Below the pieces are notes generated by a model. The model was given only the letters and a program-made list of their open reading frames with translations. It searched no databases and was not told where the DNA came from. The position numbers and the translations under genes are program-made. Shown here in pieces: positions 1 through 9,660 of a stretch of 64,000 bases of DNA. This DNA is from Penicillus capitatus (taxonomy: Eukaryota; Plantae; Chlorophyta): positions 391,411 to 455,410 of the forward strand of contig OZ287708.1 in NCBI GenBank assembly GCA_965649825.1, written 5' to 3'. Numbering within the stretch: position 1 is the stretch's first letter; each line of letters starts with the position of its first letter.

Positions 1-1699
1 GAAGATGACGCGACGTTTACTCCGTGCATGCACCGTCGACCCAGGCTTCGAAACTCGGCAAGCACGTCGCACTGTGCGACTGCGATGAATTGCCTAACCC
101 TATCGTGTGTTGCGCTACTGCCTGTCTGCAACACCTCGGCTACAAGCTTCCGTCCGATAGGCTTGCACTCGAGTGCCTTGTGTCGGTGTCGTTCAGTGCC
201 CGAAAGCTTGGAAGCGTGCCTGCGGATGAGAATCGACTTGTGGCGGCTGTGTCGATGAAGTGGCGATAGGAGAGCGAGGGACGAGAGCCTCGTCGGTATG
301 CATGACTCTAAAGCAGTGGCGACTCGCATTTTCTGTTTACGGATCTATTCGAAACGACACGTTTCGGGCGGTGTCCGATATGGCGACAGCATTATCGCCA
401 GAAGCAAAAAAAGTCGCTGCACGTTGTCGACTGGCGGCGGCGTGCTCCGAAGAGAGGAGCGCCAGACGAACGATTGTCTCTTCGAAGTTGTTTACAAGAT
501 GTATCGTTTAAGATTCTGGGCGAACTCCTTTCGTTGTCTGAGGAGAGGAGTGCATTACATTCCGTGCAGTCGGTTGCCCGGGACAGAGAAGACTATGCGC
601 ATCGTCACGACGAAGGCGTCGTTTTCGTTTCATCGCCTTGGCGGCTCCGCAGTTTAAGCGAAGAACGACAGAGGAGGAACGCGGAAGGCTTCGACGAAAG
701 CCGAACAGATACAAGAACAGCGTGAACTCTGGAGAGGCTAGAGTCGCGAAGCCGTCGACGCAACGCTCACAGGAACGCGTGTTCGACAGTTCAGATGGCG
801 TCAACTGACTGGAGCTGTACCATTCGACGCAACCAGCGACAGCTCCAATGCTCCATATTCAAGGCGCGTCTTGCCGATTTGGACGACCCGCCCTTTCGCC
901 GGTCCGCGTTGCTCGTGTTCGGTGGACCCTTTAACGAGGCCTCGCCTTTCAAGTTCTCGGACAACGACATCAAGATCTACGCGTCTCCGCGTGTCGCTCG
1001 TTCGATTTCGAGTAGATCGTCGGAATTGCATCTGACCGCTCGTCAATTGGAGACGCCTGTCCGAACGCCGATGTCGCCGCCGCGGGAAAAAGATCTCGGC
1101 ATTGCGCGCGTGTACAAAGCGACCTTCGCCCTTTGTCGGAACGTCAGAGACCAGAAGTGAGAATCAAACAACATCCGAAGACGATGAAGAGTGGATCATC
1201 CTCGTGAGCCTGGGGGAATCTCGCCTCCTGAGCTGAATGTGTTTGCATCATCCTCCTCGGGAACTGCCAAAATCCTTTTGGAACACGGACGTTTCCGAAT
1301 CTGCCTCATCGTGCGCGACAAGAATGCAGGCCACTTCAGCGCAGTACAGGGAAATGATTGCGGTGTGAGCGGTGGATGAAGGGAAAGAGCGTCAACACGG
1401 CGCGCGAGCTTGCGGCGACGGAAGTGCTGAGCGTTCAGGACGTCCGAAGGCAATAGGACCGCGAGGACTCCTCGAAGAGAGACCTCTGCAAGCCGTGTTT
1501 CTGCTCGAGAGTTCTGTCGAGACGCCTCTAACGAGCTCCTCGGTGCGAATCTCGCAGCAGATCGACGTCCACCGATGAGGAGTTCGAGGCGTACCGGCAT
1601 CGTTGCCCGACAACAACATAGACGGTCGGTTTACGGCATCTTGTGACGCGTGTCCCTAGACGGAGGCAGCGTTCAATCGGTGTCCAAGTGGAGCAAAGG

Positions 1700-1870
1700 A
1701 TGCGCGAATACTGTTTCACGTATCTCTATGCGGTGCTGCTGGCGTTGGGCGGATTCATCGGTTTAGCGACCGAAGTCAGGAATGGCTCCCTCGGAGGCGG
1801 TGTGCGTTCTGGCGCCGTGCTCTCTCTCTCCTCGCGCACAGTCTGCTCTGCTACGTGCCAGGAAGCAATG
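1700..1870 (+). pseudogene. TMEM14/FAX5-like gene fragment (frameshifted)
   Basis: MREYCFTYLYAVLLALGGFIGL...SLGGGVRSGAVLSL resembles the plant TMEM14/FAX5 N-terminus (MHDFCFTIPYG..GGFIG..GGAGTG); similarity is lost after a frameshift. Confidence 0.65.
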
Positions 1871-4800
1871 GAAGACAGGAACAGTCGGCAGAGGAATCGA
1901 CACCAGCCACGCCATCGGCAAGTCTTGCACGACATGCTCACCGCGATCGATCTATCCAAGCTGCCGTCGACGAGCGAGACGAACGCTCCCGCACCGAGTG
2001 CGCCCGAGCCGACAGGTAAAGTATGGTACAAGGAGAACGCTCGTATCCCATCTGGACACACTATGCAGAACTGAGCCGCAATGAAAGAGAACGGAGTGGA
2101 AGGTTAGTAAGGCGTGTACGCGTTGACACGCCACCGGCTATAGAGTAGATAGGTGAACGACCGGTCTCGGCGTTCCACGCACTGGGGCAAACGGAATGCG
2201 CAACAGCTCCCCTTTCTTGCATCTCTTTCGTCGCGACATTACGCATATGGTCTTCCATCGAGATGCGCAACGTTAGAGGCAGCAAACGCTTTCGGCGACC
2301 GATCACAGATCCGCCTGACTGTAGCAGACGTTTCCACTCGAGTAAGGGCAATTCGCACGCTGGCTTCGCATCGAACAAATCTGTGTCTGTATCAGCATGA
2401 CAAAGACCAAAGAAAAAGGTAACAAAACAGGCTGGCGACTGAAGAAATGTTGATCATGAGGTCGAATGGGATGCCACACACATTTCGCACTCTTCCCGCG
2501 CACAAGCGACTGTCCGACACATCTCGACTTCTAACACAGTGTTCGATGAAATCCTGCTGCCAGTCATGTTAGTCGGTCCGCGACCAAGCACGCCGCCAAC
2601 CAGAACCTCAGAACCGCTAGGGCACTGCACAGGTAAACGAATACGGCGACTCCACCTTGCGTCTCTGGCAGATCTCTCACCAGTTTGGCGGCACTTCTTC
2701 CCCGTGTCTTCGTTCGCCGCTGAAGCGCGACGAGCTCGAGTTTGACGAAGCGCTGTAGCAAATGGACTAAGTGGGATGTGGTTCTTTTGCCATCACCACC
2801 TCTAGGCCTTTCGCTGCGTTTCTGTCCTGTCGCCTTCCCCGCAGCACGATCTCCAAACGCTCGGGATATCTGTCCGTCTTTCCTCTGTCGTTTGGATGGC
2901 GGCTTGGAAGTCATCGTCTACATTTCATGCGACTGAGCGGTGCCAGGACAGAAAACGAGGCCGTTGCGCAGCGACCCTCTAAGGCGACCATCGGCACGGC
3001 GCCGCAGACCGATCCGTTGCTAGGCAACTTCGGTCCGCTCTCCGAACGAACTACTGCTAAGGTCGTCTGTGGTGCTGCAGATGGCGTCTCGACGCGACGC
3101 AGGAGGTTCCAGACGGATTAACATCCGCTCAAGGAAGCCGAAATGAGAACACCGCTGGATGCAGACGATGTCGGACGAGTCTACGCCTCGGGAACGCAGA
3201 CCCAGATCCGTCGTCACCTCAAGGCGGTCAATAGAAGAGATCTCCATCCTCCTTATGGGCCTGTATCGCTTTCAGTGTATAAACAAACATCACATGGCGG
3301 TGGCAACACACAGGGCCGAGTGACAGACGCGAGGTGAGGCGGAGATCAAGTCGAGATTGAAGCTCTTACATATCGTCCAGCTCTGCACGCAGATCACACT
3401 GTCCAGTAGACTTTACCGCAGGATCTACGAGGTCGACATTTGCTTCCAGCAGGAACCCAGAGTCCATGTGGACGCCACGATCCGAGATCGAAAGTGCGTT
3501 CCTCCCGCGAGATATGCGGATATCGATCAATACCTGTCCAGCTTCTACGCAGGAACGGCGAAGAGAGAATCCAGCTCGAACGGGTCTTCGACCACCCGCG
3601 GGTCGAGAGACATGCGGATCCCTCGGCTTCTGCGACTCAAGGGTACCTCTAGGGCTGAGAGAGCGTCGACCGGCTTGCATTCATCGAAGACACGTGGATG
3701 CAGTCCCGACGTCAGTGGTCCTTTGCACCGAGACAAGAACGAAACGTTTTTTGTCTTGTAACAAGTTTTGTTAAGGGTGATGGTGTCCGTCAACAGACCG
3801 CGCCTTCGGTCGATGCTCATTCGACCTCGTCGGTTGGCGGGGTTTCTGATGCCAGAGAAGAGCACAGGGGAAACGCCTGACTGGTGAGCATCGCCGTCGT
3901 GAAAGGCCACCTTTCTTCGCCGTCCTTGCTTCCAAGGCTATCTGAGGATACCTGCTGGACTGAGATGCCCCTCGCTGTCGGAGACCGAATCGTCTGATGC
4001 TTCACCGTCCGCGTTTCTTGCCAGACGATCTGTGGCTCTGTCCTCCGTCGAGGCATCTCTTGCATCACGTCTTCGGTCTGTGTAATCAGGTCAGCTGCCT
4101 TTGCGAATTCAAACACTAGATCGTCGTCCGCGCCGTCGTTGTCTGTCTTCTAAAACACGTATTCAACGATACCGCAGTCGGGACCGACAGTCGACAAATC
4201 TTCCATAAGTGCCATGACTATCTCGTCGTGCTGTGCGATTGCGACGGTGAATGCATGTGCCTTTCGACACGAGTCGTCGTTCCGTGTGAACAAACACTAT
4301 TACAAGGCGTTCGATCTCAATAGAAGTGCGATGACCCCACAGAATCTCTCTCCGCCAAAAGCGTCGAATCCAGCATACAGCCGCGGGGCTCCCTGAGAAA
4401 CACACCTTTGGTAACTCTGTCGACAGCATCTTTCGTCACCCGACAACGCATCGTCGCTTGAGGCCATCGCTCCCGGAAGACGACAGCACATGCAAGATGC
4501 CAGAGAATCTTCCTCCGAAGACGGCTGCCGGTCCGATCACTGCGACACCGACTACGGTCGAGAACAGATCCATCTGTCCTACTTTACCGTCGCCGCACGC
4601 GTCCTTCGGCCAGAGAGAGACATCTGACAGCTTCACCTGCATACAGTCGTCAGTCGATCGTGATCGTCCAAACTGTCTGCCATCCGGCTTGCGTTCGGTG
4701 CAATTCGCTGGCTGCAGCACCACAGCTAGATCCAGATCTCTAGGAGCGCTCTCTTCGAGGCTCTGGCGGTTTCTCATACTCTTTGGACAGAAGAAGTCGT

Positions 4801-5458
4801 CAATGGCTGCACAGACAGACGAGTGAGTCCGCGAGGCCGATGTAAGACGCGATAGAACTTCGCTAGTTGGAGCGAACGGCGTCTTCCAAAGCACTTACTC
4901 GACGCCGTGCGCGAACGCAAACCGAAACGACGACTCCGCGGCCGTCCGCTTCTCGCAGAAGGCGTCGTTCGGTTCCGCTTTCCATGTTCGAGGGAGTTAG
5001 GACCAACGATAACTCCTCAAACCGACTCGCGTTACACCGCGCAGAACGCTCTCTCGATGGCGTCTGCGACGGAGACGCGTGCAAGAGACAGCCGCCTTGA
5101 CATAGAGTGTGTGCTGCTTTCGCGAAAAAGAATGCCCGCCTCGTTCCTCTGCTAAGGCAACGCGGAGCTGAGCCGAGCGGTTTGCCGTTCGGAGAATCGC
5201 GTCTGAACAGCCGAGGAGAACGCATGCGCGTTACACTCAGAGAGCAGAACGCCGACAAACTGTAGAGAACTTCCTCTGTAAAACTCCTTGCAAGGCATCC
5301 AGAAGCGCTCTCCCGTTCGCGTCGCGCACACCGGTCACAGAATTCTGCTTTTCTGGACGTCTGGCGGCGATTCCCTCGTCCGGCGGCGCATGCAGCGCCG
5401 CCGAACGGCCACGGTTCCCAGCCGCCACCCGCAGGTCGCGCTCGGCAACCGACGCGGC

Positions 5459-5464
5459 TATAAA
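5459..5464 (+). promoter_or_regulatory. TATA box of cassette gene 1
   Basis: CTATAAAGG ~85 nt upstream of the ATG; identical at the same position in all four copies. Confidence 0.65.
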
Positions 5465-5545
5465 GGTCCTGTCACAGACCCTTCCGCACTGTCGACTTTC
5501 CTTGGCGCCTTCCTGTTTTCCGGAGCTCAAGAGAAGAAGAAGACA

Positions 5546-6833
5546 ATGGCTGACGCACGCATGTTCACAGAAGACGACTACGGATATCCTGACAGACCGT
5601 GAGTCCTGTGGCCATTCGTCGACGCGTCGCGCGCTACGGAGCCTTTCGACTGCGGCTGGACACTCTCCATGAACACGCATGTGTCCGGCTGCAGTCGAGA
5701 AGCTCTGCAGCGCGCGACGCGTCGACGAACTCTTCTTCGACTGATCTCTAACTCTTCTGTGTGTTCCCAGTTTCGCCCAGGTCACGTTGAGGGAGGTCCT
5801 GGGCAGTCACCCGCCCAGGGCCTTCGAGGGCTTGGACGAGGCCGCGCGTGTGCAGTTGTATTGGGATTTAAAATCCCGAACAACTGCGCAGAGGGGTCAA
5901 GCGCACATCGATGCGCAGACCCCTCCTGTGCGGTTTGGACCCAATAGGGTCCAAACCCCACAGCCGCGGCCTGTGCGGCGGGCAAGGGTCCTCTCCAGCG
6001 AGGAGAGGAGAGCGCGGCTGGCCCAAGAGGGCCAGCCTGCTGCACCTCCGCCGCCCCAGCGTGTCCCGCCCTATGCGCCGCCTCCGCCGACCTCCGAGCC
6101 TGCCGCACCGCCTCCGTGCAGCCAGCCGCCAGCCCAGCCACCCGTCTCCCAGGTTGGCGCACCACCGGCAGCCTCTCAGCCTGCTGCTCCTCCACCCGTC
6201 TCGGAGCCAGCCCAGGGGCCTGTCGATCCTCAGGCCCAGCCTGCCGCACCGCCTCCAGTCTGTCAAGCGGCCCAGTCTCCCCAGATGGAGTGGTCTTCTG
6301 CGCCGCCAGCTGCGCCGTTTACCCAGCCGCCTGCCAGCTATACTGCCCAGTCGTCAGCCGCCATTCCCGTCGAGTCTCCCCAGATGGAGTGGTCCCCTGT
6401 TCCATTCCCGCAGCCGACCCTCTCTCCGCCTTCTCTGCAGCACAGCCAGACCCCCTTGTTCCCTCCCCGACCGCAGGTTTTCTGCATTCCTGCCTCCCCT
6501 CCCCCCGTAATTCCGTCTCGTCCCTTACTTTTTTCCCTACCTGCTCTTCCATCCCCCTTTCCTAAACGGACATCGCTCTTTTCCCTCCGTCAGCCACCCC
6601 CCATCCCTCCCCGTAACTCTATTTTTCCGGTCAGACGACCTGGATTCCCTCCCCGGCCTTTTTTTATGTCTGGCGAGTGCGTACAGATCTGCCCTCCAGC
6701 CATCCCGCAGCGACTGTTTTTCATGTCAGGAGAATGTGTAAGTAAATCATTCTTTTTAAGTCTCTCTAATGCTATGTTTGCTGTGTAGGTTTCAATCCAG
6801 AACTGGCCTGTATGGGGGGCCAGACCCTTTTGA
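5546..6833 (+). CDS. Orphan Pro-rich cassette protein, copy 1 (exons 5546-5598, 5771-6737, 6789-6833; ~354 aa)
   Basis: Splicing GTGAGT..CCCAG joins MADARMFTEDDYGYPDRP in frame to FAQVTLREVLGSH; intron 2 is GTAAGT..TGTAG (51 nt); splice sites are conserved in 4 copies; synonymous substitutions and in-frame indels between copies. Confidence 0.8.
5615..5729 (+). ncRNA. Intronic long hairpin, candidate miRNA/siRNA precursor (copy 1)
   Basis: Arms 5615-5663 and 5681-5729 pair over 49 nt (4 G-U pairs, 2 A-C mismatches) with a 17-nt loop. Confidence 0.6.
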
Positions 6834-7127
6834 GTTTTTCTAGCTGTCATCTTGGGGGTCAAAAAATTTAAAAAAAACAAAAATTTTTATTTTCTTCTCT
6901 CATATCTCACATTTTTTGCGTGAGATTTTCAGAAAAAAATTTAAAAACAAAAAAAAAAAATAAAAGGGGCTGTTTTCGTTGTTTTGATGTCTCTCTGCCA
7001 TTCCACCTTCGCTCTGCTGTGGTTGGCTGTGTGTTACCTATATTTGCCTGGAGGCTGCTGTGTGCTATCTGCTGTTCTGTTGCACAAAGGATTGTGTGTC
7101 CGACCTGCTGTCGTGATGTTATTGGAG

Positions 7128-7315
7128 GCTGGAGGCTGCTTTACTGTCGTGATGTCATTTGAGGCTGGAGGCTGCTTTACTGTCGTCGTGTCATTGGAGG
7201 CTGGAGGCTGCTTTACTGTCGTCGTGTCATTGGAGGCTGGAGGCTGCTTTACTGTCGTCGTGTCATTGGAGGCTGGAGGCTGCTTTACTGTCGTCGTGTC
7301 ATTGGAGGCTGTAGG
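7128..7315. repeat. 36-bp tandem repeat (GGAGGCTGGAGGCTGCTTTACTGTCGTCGTGTCATT), ~5 units
   Basis: Direct inspection; the same unit occurs at 50920-51190. Confidence 0.95.
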
Positions 7316-7329
7316 CTGGTGTTTACTGT

Positions 7330-8100
7330 CACATGTCATCGGAGGCCCGGAGGCTGGTCAGTACTGTCACATGTCATTGGAGGCCCGGAGGCTGGTCAGT
7401 ACTGTCACATTTCATTGGAGGCCCGGAGGCCCTCGTGGATGTTCCACCTGCTGCCCTGCTGTCGCTGGAGGCCCGGAGGCCCTCGTGGATGTTCCACCTG
7501 CTTCCCTGCTGCCCTGCTGTCGCTGGAGGCCCGGAGGCCCTCGTGGATGTTCTACCTGCTTCCCTGCTGCCCTGCTGTCGCTGGAGGCCCGGAGGACCTC
7601 GTGGATGTTCCACCTGCTGCCCTGCTGCTCTGCTGTCGCTGGAGGCCCGGAGGCCCTCGTGGATGTTCCACCTGCTGCCCTGCTGCCCTGCTGTCGCTGG
7701 AGGCCCGGAGGCCCTCGTGGATGTTCTACCTGCTGCCCTGCTTTCGCTGGAGGCCCGGAGGACCTCGTGGATGTTCCACCTGCTGCCCTGCTGCTCTGCT
7801 GTCGCTGGAGGCCCGGAGGCCCTCGTGGATGTTCCACCTGCTGCCCTGCTGCTCTGCTGTCGCTGGAGGCCCGGAGGCCCTCGTGGATGTTCCACCTGCT
7901 GCCCTGCTGCCCTGCTGTCGCTGGAGGCCCGGAGGCCCTCGTGGATGTTCTACCTGCTGCCCTGCTTTCGCTGGAGGCCCGGAGGACCTCGTGGATGTTC
8001 CACCTGCTGCCCTGCTGCTCTGCTGTCGCTGGAGGCCCGGAGGCCCTCGTGGATGTTCTACCTGCTTCCCTGCTGCTCTGCTGTCGCTGGAGGCCCGGAG
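7330..8100. repeat. 50/58-bp tandem repeat (GCTGGAGGCCCGGAGGCCCTCGTGGATGTTCCACCTGCTGCCCTGCTGTC)
   Basis: Direct inspection; two length variants alternate. Confidence 0.95.
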
Positions 8101-8239
8101 CTCGTTTTGGATGATCTGCACGTCGTCTTGCCGCCACTGGAGGCTGTTAAGGACGTCCTACATTTTTGCGCTTGCAGTCATTAGAGGCCGTTGCTGCTGC
8201 TGGAGGTCGTCAAGAGCGTCCTACCTGACGTCCCGCCGC

Positions 8240-9590
8240 CCCTGGAGGCGGTCTCTGGCGTCGGCTCCGACGTCTGGCCGCCAATGGAGACAGTACCAGG
8301 CGTCCACCCGACATCTGGCCGCCAATGGAGACAGTACCAGGCGTCCACCCGACATCTGGCCGCCAATGGAGGCGGTCTCTGGCGTCCGCTCCGATATCTG
8401 GCCGCCAATGGAGGCGGTCACAGGCGCCCTTCCTACTGTCCCGCCGCCAATGGAGGCGGTCTCTGGCGTCCGCTCCGACGTCTGGCCGCCAATGGAGACA
8501 GTACCAGGCGTCCACCCGACATCTGGCCGCCAATGGAGACAGTACCAGGCGTCCACCCGACATCTGGCCGCCAATGGAGGCGGTCTCTGGCGTCCGCTCC
8601 GATATCTGGCCGCCAATGGAGGCGGTCACAGGCGCCCTTCCTACTGTCCCGCCGCCAATGGAGGCGGTCTCTGGCGTCCGCTCCGACGTCTGGCCGCCAA
8701 TGGAGGCGGTCACAGGCGCCCTTCCTACTGTCTCGCCGCCAATGGAGGCGGTCACAGGCGCCCTTCCTACTGTCCCGCCGCCAATGGAGGCGGTCTCTGG
8801 CGTCCGCTCCGACGTCTGGCCGCCAATGGAGGCGGTCACAGGCGCCCTTCCTACTGTCCCGCCGCCAATGGAGGCGGTCTCCGGCGTCCGCTCCGACGTC
8901 TGGCCGCCAATGGAGGCGGTCTCTGGCGTCCGCTCCGACGTCTGGCCGCCAATGGAGACAGTACCAGGCGTCCACCCGACATCTGGCCGCCAATGGAGGC
9001 GGTCTCTGGCGTCCGCTCCGATATCTGGCCGCCAATGGAGGCGGTCACAGGCGCCCTTCCTACTGTCTCGCCGCCAATGGAGGCGGTCACAGGCGCCCTT
9101 CCTACTGTCCCGCCGCCCCTGTAGACAGTACCAGGCGCCCTTCCTACTGTCTCGCCGCCAACGGAGGCGGTCACAGGCGCCCTTCCTACTGTCTCGCCGC
9201 CCCTGGAGACAGTACCAGGCGTCTACCCGACATCTGGCCGCCAATGGAGGCGGTCTCTGGCGCCCTTCCTACTGTCTCGCCGCCCCTGGAGGCGGTCTCT
9301 GGCGTCCGCTCCGACGTCTGGCCGCCAATGGAGGCGGTCACAGGCGCCCTTCCTACTGTCCCGCCGCCCCTGGAGACAGTACCAGGCGTCTACCCGACAT
9401 CTGGCCGCCAATGGAGGCGGTCTCTGGCGTCCGCTCCGATATCTGGCCGCCAATGGAGGCGGTCACAGGCGCCCTTCCTACTGTCCCGCCGCCAATGGAG
9501 GCGGTCACAGGCGCCCTTCCTACTGTCCCGCCGCCCCTGGAGGCGGTCTCTGGCGTCCGCTCCGACGTCTGGCCGCCAATTGAGGCCGTC
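8240..9590. repeat. 41/42-bp variant minisatellite with constant CCGCCAATGGAG anchor, ~32 units
   Basis: Units fall into types A, B, C and hybrids; a 208-bp higher-order block (A-C-C-A'-B) is duplicated. Confidence 0.95.
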
Positions 9591-9600
9591 AGGGATCACC

Positions 9601-9660
9601 TGTGCCATAGAAGGAGGCTATGCCAAGATAGTGGACTACTTACGAAGCAAAGGGGCAGCA
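9601..9660 (+). pseudogene. Ankyrin-repeat-like fragment at the array end
   Basis: CAIEGGYAKIVDYLRSKGA matches the ankyrin consensus (AxxxGHxxIVxYLxxxGA); not seen in the other copies. Confidence 0.5.

Noticed and set aside
1-4846. Many 60-150 aa ORFs in the long flank (e.g. 298..657, 3357..3761)
   Set aside because: Shared between the arms only because the duplication is recent; no recognisable motifs or codon-level evidence
6987-7060. Signal-peptide-like start MSLCHSTFALLWLAVC
   Set aside because: In-frame TAG stops occur at or near this position in copies 2 and 4
8240-9590. CRISPR array (constant anchor + variable interval after an AT-rich leader)
   Set aside because: The intervals are a few recurrent types, not unique spacers; the context is a eukaryotic intron-containing genome; no cas genes
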